64,000 nucleotides of DNA. It comes from Amoebidium appalachense (lineage: Eukaryota; Protista; Ichthyosporea). Below are positions 1-22,693 of this stretch, one piece after another (position 1 is the stretch's first letter; each line of letters opens with the position of its first letter). The stretch lies in NCBI GenBank assembly GCA_963693365.1, contig CAVNZM010000016.1:460595-524594 (forward strand). Reading direction: 5' to 3'. The notes below the pieces were generated by a model. The model ran no database searches, was not told the DNA's origin, and saw nothing but the letters and a program-made list of their open reading frames with translations. A program made the position numbers and the translations under genes.

Positions 1-308
1 ACACCTTCCTCCGCCCCCACCTCTCACCCCCCACCCTCCCCCTTTGGTCCTCACACTCAAGCACATTCGAACTTAGTCGACTCGGAGATGTAAACACACA
101 GCTACATAACGAATTAGAACCCCCCTTCCCGCCCCTCTTCCCACTCCCCCCTCTCCCCCTCTCCCCTCTCCCCCCCCCTTTCCCCCCGCTCTAAACTCAT
201 CCCCACCCTGTAATACACAAACTTTTTGTGTGTGCCTTTAATGCAATCTCTGCATTTGTGTTGTCCGTCACTTGTATTTACGTCTATGTCTGTAACTCAT
301 TCAAACCT

Positions 309-420
309 CCCCCTGAGGATGGGCTCTGCTTATAATGCATACTCTTTATGTATGGCTTGCATTCTGCATCGTGTTATCCGTTTGTTCTTGTGTACTTCGT
401 ACTTTTTGACGCATTCAAAC
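309..420 (+). repeat. 5'-truncated intronic copy of the dispersed repeat family
   Basis: ccccctgaggatgggctctgc...gacgcattcaaac; I see one mismatch versus 6565-6677; followed by poly-C and the AG acceptor at 470. Confidence 0.85.
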
Positions 421-470
421 CCCCCCCCCCCCCCCCCCTTCCCCCCCTTCCCCCCCCCCTCCCCCCCCAG

Positions 471-10323
<9,853 letters not shown>

Positions 10324-10567
10324 TTGGCCCTTCGTGCACCAATAGGAAATCAGAATTCTCAGTTGCCAGGCAACCGATAATGTTTCACGTGTATGCCACG
10401 TGGTAGAGGACGAGTGGAAATAGGTAGATATTGCCAGAATACTGAAAGCCACAAATAACCATTTTTGGAAGTGCTAACAGTGTGCAATGTTTTTACAATA
10501 GTTTGAGCCACCAGTTTTGAGTCAAACGTTTTAAATTTGAAGAATACAAGCGATCTTTTTACCTTTT

Positions 10568-10602
<35 letters not shown>

Positions 10603-11766
10603 TTGGCGGTTGTTGTTGTAATGGTTGTTGTTTTAATGGCATAGAAAGATGCAGATAATTATTTAGTTGTATAAACCTTGTAGATGCCTGAGTCCTATAT
10701 TGCCCTGCCCTTTTACTTGTACATAGTCGCTGTTCGCAGCTTTGATCAATAAAAGCAAAACCAAAATCTCGGATACTATTCGAATACACTTAGGCGAAAG
10801 AATACATTCAAAGGAAACGAAATTTCATCCCCTCTCCCCCTCTCCCCAAAACAACCAAAAAAAAAAAAAAAAAAAAAAATTTGCACAAGCTTGGTGTGCA
10901 TGTGAGACCCTTTAAAGACGCCGACAAAACATCATTTCAAAAATATTTAAGCTAGCTTTGAATTTCTAACCAGACCTCACCGGGCCAATTACCTTTTTAA
11001 TATCATCAAACTTCACCAGGTCATACAATCCCCGGTGGCCTGGTGGCTATCTTAGCTACCGAGACCTGCAATCTGACCAACACCCTAAATTTTTGCTCAA
11101 TTTGCACCGGTAGGTCGCCGTCAAATCAACCGACTTGATAGGAGATTAGCTGTTTGATTGCAATGTGTGCGAGATGGTAGGTTTATTGTGCGTGGTGGCT
11201 GCTGGCATCTGTGACTATTCCGTGGGAGCTTGTGGCCACAGGAAAACAAACTCTGCGGCACACTACGCACAGTAATCAATGTTCATTGGTGAAGTTCCAG
11301 TCCGGTTCGATCGGGTAACCCATATAGGGAAGGAGTGCACTTGACAAATCTTTGAGAGACAGGTCTGATCCTCATGATAATCATCGATGGTTGGCCTCGC
11401 GATCACATGATCACATTATGGTAAGCATGTAGGGGCAACACTTCTCTTTAACGGCTAAGTTGATCGTACATGCGTCTCCATCAATCACACTTCCATGTAT
11501 CTAAGTAACTGTAGATTGCCGCATGGGCAGTTATTTACGCACGTTATGGGTTTGTTTTCTCCGGAAGTCTCTCTTTTCATTTCTAAGGGACTTACCAAAC
11601 GGTTCTCCGTGTCATCATGCATGATATGATCATTCATTGCCCCGATTGTGTGTGTCCCTGAGAGTGTGTGTGTGCGTGTGTGTGCTTGCGTGTGTGCGCA
11701 CACGTGCGTGTGTGCGTGGCTGTGGTGGCCAGGTGGTGGCGGTGGTGGTGGTGTATGTGTGTGTGT

Positions 11767-11809
<43 letters not shown>

Positions 11810-11956
11810 AGGGGGGAGGGAGGGGGGGCACAAACCCAAGGGGTCTTGATTAAGCAGAACAGTTTTTTTTTTTTGTTTTGTTTTTTTTTTTTGGGGGGGG
11901 GGGGGGGGGATCCAAGGGCACTTCAGCGGAACAGTTTGGTGGTTGGTATCACGGTG

Positions 11957-12012
<56 letters not shown>

Positions 12013-12355
12013 CGCGCGCGCGGTGTTTGTGTGTGTGTGTGCGCGCGCGCGCGCGCGGTGTTTGTGTGTGTGCACCTGTGTGTGTGTTTGTGTGTTGGGG
12101 GGATTAATTTCTCGCCGACCAGGTTAGAAGAGGCTTTCTAGAAGTGAATTACTGCAAGTATTTTGTATCTAAAAATAGTGGCCGGCCAGCAGCCCACGAA
12201 ATCAGTTTCACAGCAAAACTCTAAACATCACCAGATTAATATCATCTGTTTTCATGCCATATGCTTACAAAGTAGATGGAGCTTCATATCATTCGTAAAT
12301 ACATACATGCCTTGATATATGTATACAATAACAAATCTCTTCGAAACTTTGATAT

Positions 12356-13834
12356 CTAAATATGCGCCCTGATGGCAGCTTCAATCTTCTGCCTGATTGG
12401 TTCTTGCGCCTTCACTTTCCGTGCAAACATCTTAACCGGGTCAACCAACGCCGCCTGAAACTTCGCATCTATCCAATCATTATCTCCGAGATAACACGGG
12501 GACCCCTGTCGTTTCTGGCTATAACTCTTACATGGTGTGTGCCACCACTGGAGATATATCATTTTAAAACTTTCAATTTTCCTGTCGTTTCTGTTTTTCA
12601 TTTTTGCCGAAAAATCCGAATTTGCCAGAAGGGTCTGGAAATAGCTCTCATCAGGCATGTGCGTATTTTTAAAGAACTCAGTCCATTGGTCAGCCGCCTC
12701 GCTCTCAACTGAATACCGCGCAAATTCCCGCGTGATAGCCATCCAATTATCTCCCTTGTACACCGGCTGGTTGCTAGGTGTATACGACATAGATGTGCAC
12801 TCGCTATCAAGACAACGCGCCGGCGTGCGGGAACATATCCACTTATGGTTCCATGGTGTTTTCGGGTGGCATGGTGGGCGATTATCCGAGAAACTTACAA
12901 TCATTTTCCCGCCTTTTGCTACGACCTTCGTTAGTCGTTGGTCAATTTGCCGCAGGGATTTCAAAGGAACGGTATGCCCACATAGGTTTATCGCAACATC
13001 CCACCCTGGAATATCCAATGCGGTGACTATTTGGTGTTTTTGCATTTCGACAATCGACCAACTGGCCCATTTCACGTTCATGCGGTCCTCCACCATTGCA
13101 AAATTTGGAAGGTTCGAGTATGTTCTATTGAACGCGCTAGCGATGGAATTTGGCACCTTTCTATCCAGATGCACCACGAACACGTGATTTGGGTGATAGA
13201 GCAATCTCATGTTTTCCACAACACCCAAAAGTGTGTCTTTGTCGTGTGCACTCAAGAGAAACACCGTTCTCACACGTGGAACCCACCCTTCCGGGTAGAA
13301 TCGGTTAGCAATTTCGCCATATTCGTTGAAAATCCGTGGGAAGTTCTTTATGGAAAAGTTCTTGTTGGGTGTGAATTTAATCCGTGGTAAAGTGGTAGGT
13401 GGTGGGGTGCTAATAGTGCTAATAACGGTGGGTGCGACTGTGCTGGCGGGTTTCGGAACGTTCTTCTTCTGTGAAAACACGTGTTTCCCGCCAGGTGGGT
13501 CGTGCTGCTCGAGTGTGCTCCAAACGCGTGATTCCCAAGGTTCCATTGGTGGTCGGGGCGTGCCAGCTACGTGCATCGTAAGTGGTGAAGGGCCCGGTGC
13601 TTCGAGGCCATTCTCTTCAAACACGTGCAAAGTGCGCCCGTTTGCGTGTTGCCAATCCTCCTCCGAAGCCTCAATATCCGAAACCATGGAAAAACGTAGG
13701 CTCACCCGATAGAAACCATAGGATGGGGTGGAATACAAAACGAAGACACTGACTGTAGAAACGAAGGCGAGGAATAAGATAAATCGTCTTCGTAAGTGGG
13801 CTCCAAGGCCCCCGTTTGCTGATATCGACACCAT
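12356..13834 (-). CDS. GT14 (core-2/I-branching beta-1,6-GlcNAc-transferase / xylosyltransferase-like) glycosyltransferase, intronless, type II membrane protein
   Basis: Long uninterrupted ORF; first ATG at 13834 (MVSISANGG; the ORF-track start at 13969 is TTG). N-terminal hydrophobic anchor (FILFLAFVSTVSVFVLY), Pro/Thr stem, then GT14-type motifs LYHPNHVFVVHLD, VKWASWSIVE, INLCG, YKGDNWMAITREFARY, PDESYFQTLLANS, FARK. Confidence 0.85.
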   Translation of the reverse strand: MVSISANGGLGAHLRRRFILFLAFVSTVSVFVLYSTPSYGFYRVSLRFSMVSDIEASEEDWQHANGRTLHVFEENGLEAPGPSPLTMHVAGTPRPPMEPWESRVWSTLEQHDPPGGKHVFSQKKNVPKPASTVAPTVISTISTPPPTTLPRIKFTPNKNFSIKNFPRIFNEYGEIANRFYPEGWVPRVRTVFLLSAHDKDTLLGVVENMRLLYHPNHVFVVHLDRKVPNSIASAFNRTYSNLPNFAMVEDRMNVKWASWSIVEMQKHQIVTALDIPGWDVAINLCGHTVPLKSLRQIDQRLTKVVAKGGKMIVSFSDNRPPCHPKTPWNHKWICSRTPARCLDSECTSMSYTPSNQPVYKGDNWMAITREFARYSVESEAADQWTEFFKNTHMPDESYFQTLLANSDFSAKMKNRNDRKIESFKMIYLQWWHTPCKSYSQKRQGSPCYLGDNDWIDAKFQAALVDPVKMFARKVKAQEPIRQKIEAAIRAHI

Positions 13835-16028
13835 TTGCTTATGTTGGGGAATATGCAATAACAAAGGCGAAACTAATGGGGAAAGAAGAAGAGGCTGTAG
13901 GGAAGAAAAATGTGTCGTTCTAATGTCGACACAAAGATTTTTATTTTTTTGTGCCCGTGTGTCGGACAAATGTGAAATCGAGTGTGGTAAATTTAGAAGA
14001 GTAATGCCATCTAAACTAAGCTAAACGTGCTTGTAATGACAAAAACTTCACAGCCAAGTCCAACGTCGTCTAAGTGGCAATTGTGAAATGTATGAAATGG
14101 TGTGAAAACATTCACGTTGTCTTAATCAGAATTCATCCTCTCTTGCAGATCAGAGGAAGCTGTCACCGTGTTACACCGGATGACGGAGAGAGAATGCATA
14201 TGTGCTGTGGGAAAAGAGTAACACGGGCAGAGCTTTAAGCTTTGCTGTGTTCTTGGCCCTGCGTGGTTCACGTTTGCTGACAGTAAATGGCCATCTGTCG
14301 GCCAAAAATAGAGCCTGACGTAAGCTTTAGCACCTGTCAGAAAACGAAGAAAGGAAAAGGGATCTAATATGATAGATCCGTGCGACGGTGAGAGCAGACG
14401 AAGACACAAGAAACAAACGGTTGTACAACGGTCTCCGTTTTTTCCCTCCCTGTGTGCTGTGTGTCTGAGAGACGCGTTAGTTGAAGATGATATGTGTGTT
14501 GGTGGGGATAGGTAAGTTACGTTTTGTTCCGTACAGCATGTCTCGTAACCAAGTGACTATCAACGAACATGGTGTGGCTGTGTGGGCTGTACGTGGTGCT
14601 GGTGAATATCACGTTAGTCATCCACTGATCGAAGTGGAAACAATATTGCTTTCACTCTAGATTATATGCAAATATCACAATGAAATACTTTTACCTATTA
14701 TGCTGTTCAAATTCAACTCTCTTAGTAAATAAAAAGGCACCTACATACTGGGAGTCTGCAAGTTGTGCTTTTGTTGTGGGTCAAAAATAGAAACGGTGGG
14801 AGCGTGGGCTAGCCTAAAGTTATCAGAGGCAACCAATCAGATGGCGGCTGGGGTGCTCAGCCAATCGGATTTTACTACCTACCCACACCCCCTACACACT
14901 GGATGACGGGTTCTAGAAAAAGGAATGAACTTTTCAAAAAATCCGTAGATCTGAACTATCATTATTTTGTCGTTAAACATCCAAGAGCAAATATCCATGC
15001 AACTGTTACTCAAAAAAACTGCATTCTGCAAAGTGCAAAATTGCAGATTTTCATATTAACGAATTCCCAAACAGCATCAAACCCCCCAGCTGCTGAAAGT
15101 AGATTGGGGTATGGGGAGTGGGGGTTTATGCACTTTGTATTGCTGCGTTTAGATCGGTATGCGATGCAATGTGATAATGAAAGCCTTCAGTTTTGTGTTT
15201 ATTTTTGAAACCCGAAACAAATAAGCACTTATTCGAACGATCAGTAGCTCTAGTAAAGCTTCCTTACAGTTACTCAAAGCGATACTGTTTGTCTATACAG
15301 CTTCCTCTATAAATATTCCACGAATTTACATTACGCAGAGGCCGGCCTCGCGATCAGAAGAATGAAGAATAGATCGTCCAATCGTAACCGCTCCAACCAA
15401 TTCTTTTCGTTTAGAATTTTGACAATCCGAATTAAAACTTCAGCTTTTTAGTCGATTCCATTCGAGAACATCCCCCACACACACATGCCAGGCTGAGTGT
15501 CACAGACCAACACAAACACACACACGCACACGCACATACACAACAAACAGCTTGTTAGTTGTACTTGAAAACGAGAAGAAATATTACATTAAGGTAAACG
15601 AAAAGCGGTCTTGTGAAGGGTTGTGACCACTGCAATACACACTTGCTGATCATGAAACATCAATGTCGAATAAATCCAGTCAAATGAAAAGAAAAAAAAA
15701 TGTCGAACCCAGTTTCAATTTTTCTAACTTTCGTAAATATCACCTACCATTATTCCGTGCTTTCTGAGTCGAAAGGGATAGATCGAAATTGTTATCCAAT
15801 CGGATGGATGGATCTCAGATGACCATCTTCACGTGCTCAAGGTGGCTTGGTAACGTCACTCGGTGTGTAACCCACGTGCCCGGGGGCACCTGCAGGGGAG
15901 CCCCGAGGACTGAGTTCTCATGTTGCCTCCTTGGCACCCGTGCACGTGAGCATTTGCTTTACGCCACTTGCACGTGTGTGTGTGTGTGGCCATGCATGAG
16001 TGTGTGCACGTGTAGGCGTGTGAATGTG

Positions 16029-16072
<44 letters not shown>

Positions 16073-16190
16073 TTGCCGTCCGTGTGTGCGTGTGCGTGTG
16101 CGTGGTGTAAATGTGTCACCGCCGAGGGGGTACGTCTTTCTGCATGTGTGTTCGTGTGCACGTGTTTCTGTGTGTGTGTGTGTGCACGTG

Positions 16191-16246
<56 letters not shown>

Positions 16247-16705
16247 TGTGTGCGTGTGTGCGTGCGTGTATGTGTGCACTCCACATGCAGAATTCGTGCC
16301 AGTGACACTGTGGGACCCAGCACATGTGTGTACATGTGCGCAATGTGTGTGAACACGTGTGTGCCGGGGGGAGTGTGTGGGGGCGGTTTTTCGGCATGCA
16401 GCCAGGTATGGCAAATGGTATAGCATTGCTACAGCGTGGACCATCTGAATGTGTGCGTGTGTGTGCACATGTACATGTGTGCGTGTGTGCGTGTGTGCGT
16501 GTGTGCGTGTGTGGGCATCGGTGTGTGCGCGTGTGCGCGCGCGTGTGTGTGGCAGTGTGCATGTGTGTGAGTGGGTGCGTGGGTGTGTGGGTTGTGCTAC
16601 GCGTGAATGCGTGGGACGTGTGTGCGAGCGACATGTGCTTGTGTGACAGTGGCACTGTGCATGTACATATGCACGCACATGCCTCTCTCCAGATGCTCTC
16701 TCTCC

Positions 16706-16766
<61 letters not shown>

Positions 16767-17403
16767 CCCCCTACACCCCATCCCTCTACTACTCTCCCCC
16801 AAATCAAGCCCCCCACCTCCCCCCTCCCTCCAACCATCACCACCAAAATTACCACAACACCACCACCACCGCGGTGACCAACCACCACCACCACCACCCA
16901 CCTACCATCCCCTTTAAACGGCATTTAGCAACAGCCCTCAAAGTTCCCAAATTTGATGCAAATTACAACGCGGCAACGCACACAATGCATGCCCATGGTT
17001 AGTTAGTGCACACGTGCTGTAGGGAGGTTGCACGTGTGTTCTGCGATTCCAGAGCCCGTTGCAAGGTATCACCACCCGGGATTTCTTGCCCTTGTGTCGT
17101 TAACGATCATGAGGTATTCCAAGTCTTTCTTTTTTTCCAACTTGACATCAGAACTGAGTATTGTCGGTTCCTTTTCGTCTTTTTTCTTCCTCTTTTCTTC
17201 CATTCTTTCTTAAGGCTGATCTTCCTTTCTTTTCCCCTTTTTTTCTTTGCTTGTTCGTCTTTCTTTCAATTCTTCCTTGCTTTCCTTCCGTATTTTTTTT
17301 TTTTTTTTTTTTTGGCTTTTTTTCCCCTTCATTTTCCTTTTCTTTTCTTTTTCTTTTTCTTTTCTTTTTCTTTTCTTCTTAGAGCCTTTTTATTTTTTTA
17401 TTT

Positions 17404-17434
<31 letters not shown>

Positions 17435-17448
17435 TTGGGGGGGCGGGG

Positions 17449-17501
<53 letters not shown>

Positions 17502-17848
17502 GGGCATCACTGACAGGATCCGGAAATATTACGTTCAGGAACTTTTATATCAAGACTCTTTCAACTTCCGTATGGTCCCCATGATCAACCCACAACGTCA
17601 TCATGTGACTGTGAGTTCTTTGCAATTGTAAAGCATGTGAGAGTGTGGAGGAAAGGCTTAAGCATATGGAGGGGGGGGAGAGGCCGGGGAAGAGGGGAGG
17701 ATAGAACTTCAAGGTACTCTTAGAAGCTTTAAGCCTCAGGGGAAGGGGGGCAGGGGGAGGGGGGATAACTGCACGAGAATTTCTTGGAGAATGATTACGG
17801 AACCCCCCCCCCCCCCCCCCCCGCCCCGCCCCGCCTTCCCTGCCCCCA

Positions 17849-17926
<78 letters not shown>

Positions 17927-18266
17927 TGACACACACATTCACAATCCCCCTTCTAGAAATTTCACCACACTTGGACACAAACAGTCATTTTGTTCATTTC
18001 ACATGAACAGATTCGGAATCAATCGTGACACCTTAAGAAATTAAAATTCACCCAACCCCGGAATGGCGTCGTATGCAGTGTCACACCATAGACGTATATC
18101 GTTGAACGTGATAATGATGAAATATCATATTTTAACCGGATAATGATTTAATGTAGTACTGTTTGGGTGATTTTTTTGGAACTACATGGGTTGTTTTTGG
18201 AGTTGCAGGAGGGGGGAGTGGTGGGGGTAAGGGGGTGGGGGGCGGGAAGGAAGGGAGGGGCGGGAT

Positions 18267-18302
<36 letters not shown>

Positions 18303-18723
18303 TGAGGGGAAGAGGGGGGAGGGGAAGGGGGAGGGGGGGGGGGGGGGGGGGGGATCGCTCGTGTGTGTTACCTGAGAACTTGGGTGGCTTTAGAGTGTGT
18401 CTTCATTTATTTTCTTCCACTGCTTAAACTTGAAAGTTTCCGAGAATCACTTTATTATGATGCTCGTTGTAAGTCATTTTGTGAAACGTGATTGGGGGAG
18501 GTCTTTGCATGCATGGGGGATTGGGGAAGGGGGAGGGGGGAGGAGGGGCTCGGAAAGGGGGGGGGGGGGGGGGGGAGGGGGGGGGGGGGGGAACAGGGGA
18601 GGGATGAGCCCTGCGAAATCTAATATTAATGTGGTCGTTGTGCATGTTGTCTTCAGATCAACGGCTCTTCGCGCAATCACACGACGGCGTTCATGTTTAG
18701 TGAATAGCCAATCCCCCCCCCCC

Positions 18724-18766
<43 letters not shown>

Positions 18767-19773
18767 GACGGACCGCACGCATGATACAGCATAATTAATC
18801 GGTTTGCATAATTACTTTGAAAAACGTTTTCCCGTCCCCCCCACCCCACCCTCTTTGTAGCCCAGGAGGATGAGCTGGACTGTGTGTACGTGTGTCTGTG
18901 CGTGTGTGCGTGTACGTTCGTGTGTGTGTTTACGAGTGTGTGTGTGTGTGTGTATGTGTGTGTGTGTGCGCGCGCGCGCCAGTGGGTACGTGGTCGCGCG
19001 TGCGCACGTTTGTATGTGTGTGTGTGTGGGCACATGTACGTGTGTGTCGGTGGGTGGGTGGGAGGTTCATGTTGTAGGGGGACACTATACAGTTTTCGAC
19101 CCGGATAATGTTTGTTAAGGTTAGTGGCGGTGAATAATCAGGCTAATTTTCTGTTTGTTTGGTGACGTTGCTGATGCTGTTTGTTAAAGACTGCCAATGG
19201 CCTATTGGGCAAACGGGGTGGGTGGGGGGGGGGGGGGGGGGGGGGGGGGATTTTTTGCATAGCTGAGTAACGGATCGTGTGATCAGTTTCACTTGAGGGG
19301 CTCACAGTCCGATAGCTATATCAAGGGCAACTTCCGATATTATAGGCTAAATATTTTAGGGAGGAATTGATACTGAGTACGTAGCATTCTTTGGTGGTGG
19401 TGTTGGGGGGAAGGGGAGGGGGCCGGCGGTGGGGGGGCTAAATTTAAAGGGGGTGGGGGAAGGGGGGGAGGGGGGGGGGGGGGGCCTTGGGAGGGGAGGG
19501 GGGAGGGGGGGGGGGGGGGGGTGAGGGGGGGGGGGGGGGGGGGGGGGGGGGCTCGGGAGAGAGGAAGATATGTATCGAGCAGGAATGTACAGATATCACA
19601 TGTACATGAAACGACCTTAACGACACTAATAATGTAGTGTAGATACATGTGCACTGCAATGAAGTTAACGACAAAAATGGCAGTGTGGATTTACAAAATA
19701 TGAAAGAAAGGCCTCAGTCAGACTACAGCAAGGACGCAACAGAACAAAACCAAATCCTCGTGCGCTCAAGGAA

Positions 19774-19808
<35 letters not shown>

Positions 19809-19839
19809 CGGTGTGTTTGTGTCAAGTTTGTTTGTGCAC

Positions 19840-19901
<62 letters not shown>

Positions 19902-21103
19902 ACAGCACAACAGCTGCAGATAGTAAGACGCGGATGTGCAGAAAAGGTCACAAAGTAGGTTTAAAACGAGACCGATTTCGAAGGTAGGATTCGCGGAAGG
20001 GGAGGGGGAGGGGGGTGATGTATATACGTGTAAGAGGGTTGGAAATATGGAGGAGACACCAAAGGACAAACTACAAGGCGCGTCACAAAAATGAAAACCC
20101 CGAGATTCAACGAATTTTTATTAAGCTGCAGGCAGAAGGCTTTTAAAACAGAACCCATCATCAGGGGGGTTAACCCTATGCGTCCACAAAAGCATGGGGT
20201 TTCCAACTCTTTTTCCTCTCACGCCTAGCTCCCATCCCATATTTTGTTTCAGCAGCAATCGGGGAGTCCACCCGTCTTGGCCAAAGACGAGCAGGGTTGT
20301 TCAAGGAGCAGGGGGGATAGGATGCATCACATATTGAGAGATGATTAATCACGACGGAAAACGACATTGATGCAGATTCCACAGAACACACCAAGTGTAT
20401 GCAACGGGGGAGGGGTGTGCGTGTGTGTGCCGGTACCATAGTTGGGGGGGGGGGGGGGGGGGGAGAAGGGAGGAGGGGGCACTGCACCGTGCATATCAGA
20501 GGAATTCTATTGCTTCATTTACATACACCATATCTCTTAGCCAATCAAAATCATCCACCATAGTCCATATATGGAATGTATGCTTGCACTTGCGGCAACC
20601 ATCCAAAGTTGAATAACCAAATTAGGGCCTGGTGCCTACTCGAATACACTCGCTACTTCTGGCCATGTCACCAAAATAAAACAAAGCAAAACAATTGTAG
20701 TTATAAGGAAGGTAAAATTAAACTTATCCACTCAACCAGTATATATAATTGCCTGCAATTAATTAGCTCATTATGGTCATTTGGACACCTCTGCCCTGCA
20801 AAGGCTGTTACAGTACTATATATGAAAGTTCTATATATGGAAATTCCTGTCCGTGTGCAAACATTTGTGCTGCTGCGCCTATGCGCATGCCACAATGTAT
20901 ATATATTGAAACATCACGTGTTTCTACGTCTCCAACATCTTCATACAGTACCCGATTTTGTCGCACACGATTCATATTTCACTAGACCAAGTAAAGGCGC
21001 CTACTCATCAATTGTCATCCCCCCCCCCCCCCCCCCCAAACACCCCAATATCACCCACACAACCTATTTCTATGTACATGGTAAGACAAAAATCCAGAAA
21101 TTA

Positions 21104-22693
21104 TCACGCATTCAACCGTAGAATTCCCTCTATCCTTTGCCTTATTGGCTCGTTAGCATACACCTTTCTCGCAAAAAGCGTCGCCGGCTCGACCACCGCA
21201 CGCTTGAAAGGCTCATCCTTCCAATCCTTCTCTCCGAGGTAACACGGGGACCCGCTACGTGTCTGGGGATAACTCTTGCACGGGGCATACCACCAGTACA
21301 GGTAAACGATACGGTTGCTCTGCATCTGCCCGTTGGGATACCGGATTTTCTCGGAGAAAACCGGTGAATTTGCAATGAGCGTTTGGTAAAATGACTCGTC
21401 GGGCATGCTCGTGCCGTTGAAAAACTGCGCCCACGCCTTCCCATCCTCGCTCGTGGTTGCGTATTTCGCAAATTCGCGTGAGACCACCATCCAATTATCT
21501 CCCTTGTATACCGGTTGGTTGTTCGGCGTGCCGCTCATTTTCGTGCATTCCCTATTAAGGCAACGTGCGGGTGTACGCTTGCACATGTAGTGGAACCAAG
21601 GGGTGCGCGGGTGGCAGGGGGGGAGGCCCTGCTCGTAGTGAAGCACCATTTTACCCTCCTCCAGGAATACCTTATTTAGGTAGGCGTCGATTTGACGCAG
21701 TGACTTCAAAGGCATGGTACTTCCGCACAAATTAACCGCCGCTATCCAGCCCGGGAGCGTCAGAGCTGTCGTCATTTGGTTCTGTTGCATTTCTACAATC
21801 GACCACTGCCCCCACTTGACATCTACACGCTCATTCACCAAGAGAAAATTAGGGAGGTGACCGAAAGTCCTATTTAGAACATCGACCCATTCCTGTGTTA
21901 CCTTTGCATCCACGTGCACAACGTACACATGAGAAGGGTGATAGAGAATGCGGATGTTGTTCGCGACGCCGTTAATGGTCTCATCACTGTGCGCACTCAT
22001 CAGGAACGCAAGAGGTACTTTCGGCTCCCATCCATGGGGTGCAATAGGTTTCGGCGACGTGAATTCCGGGTCGTTATAGAACTGCAAGTATTTGTTCTGT
22101 GACGCAAGTGCGGCTATAGATGTTGGCGTGGCTGGTGCGGGTGGTGGGGGAATGGCTGCCTGTGTGACCGTTACAGTAGCGGGGCCGCTGTTTTGCATTG
22201 TTACTGGGGGTCGTACCAAATTGGCGGGTGGTGATTGAACATTAACCGCTGCGGGACTCTGCTGCTGCACGTTTATGACGACTTGTGGTGGCTGTGGTGG
22301 TGGGGAAACCACTTCTGGAATGGTCTGCACCGCGTGGTCTTGTAGTACGGATTGATCTCGAAGCTCCATTTGTGAGGCCGGTTCAAGCCCTGCCATTGCT
22401 GGCTCAGCTGGAATGGGTACTCTCTCGGTACCATCGTGTGGTTGTCCTATACCGATTGTTACGTTTGTAACTGACGTGGGATTAGTGTGTAGAAATGCGA
22501 AAGTCACACAAATCACCGTAGCCATAACAAGTAGCTTGGTGAGGTATCGTGCGGACCAGGTGGCGTGTGCCACCGTTAAAGAATTTGAACTCATGTTTGC
22601 GTTTCGTTCAACGCCAGGGGAATTAACGCGCTTAGGGGTGGTGTATGCGGCAACCTTACTGGCAACCTTGAGCAAAGAGGACGGTTGGGACAT
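21104..22693 (-). CDS. GT14 glycosyltransferase, intronless paralogue of the 12356-13834 gene
   Basis: 529-aa ORF from ATG at 22693; TM segment (LLVMATVICVTFAFL), Pro/Gln/Thr stem, catalytic domain clearly homologous to the neighbour (LYHPSHVYVVHVD, VKWGQWSIVE, PLKSLRQID, CKRTPARCL, NQPVYKGDNW, PDESFYQTLIANS, GSPCYLG, FARKV). Confidence 0.87.
   Translation of the reverse strand: MSQPSSLLKVASKVAAYTTPKRVNSPGVERNANMSSNSLTVAHATWSARYLTKLLVMATVICVTFAFLHTNPTSVTNVTIGIGQPHDGTERVPIPAEPAMAGLEPASQMELRDQSVLQDHAVQTIPEVVSPPPQPPQVVINVQQQSPAAVNVQSPPANLVRPPVTMQNSGPATVTVTQAAIPPPPAPATPTSIAALASQNKYLQFYNDPEFTSPKPIAPHGWEPKVPLAFLMSAHSDETINGVANNIRILYHPSHVYVVHVDAKVTQEWVDVLNRTFGHLPNFLLVNERVDVKWGQWSIVEMQQNQMTTALTLPGWIAAVNLCGSTMPLKSLRQIDAYLNKVFLEEGKMVLHYEQGLPPCHPRTPWFHYMCKRTPARCLNRECTKMSGTPNNQPVYKGDNWMVVSREFAKYATTSEDGKAWAQFFNGTSMPDESFYQTLIANSPVFSEKIRYPNGQMQSNRIVYLYWWYAPCKSYPQTRSGSPCYLGEKDWKDEPFKRAVVEPATLFARKVYANEPIRQRIEGILRLNA

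Noticed and set aside
309-420. Intronic snoRNA interpretation of the dispersed element
   Set aside because: ACA or C/D boxes are not conserved between copies, and the family extends into a longer intergenic copy.
10900-11640. High-complexity intergenic island with a gtaagc donor-like site at 11421
   Set aside because: No sustained reading frame or recognisable RNA motif found.
13835-13969. 45-aa N-terminal extension of the first GT14 ORF
   Set aside because: Starts at TTG; the first ATG at 13834 gives a normal type II membrane topology.
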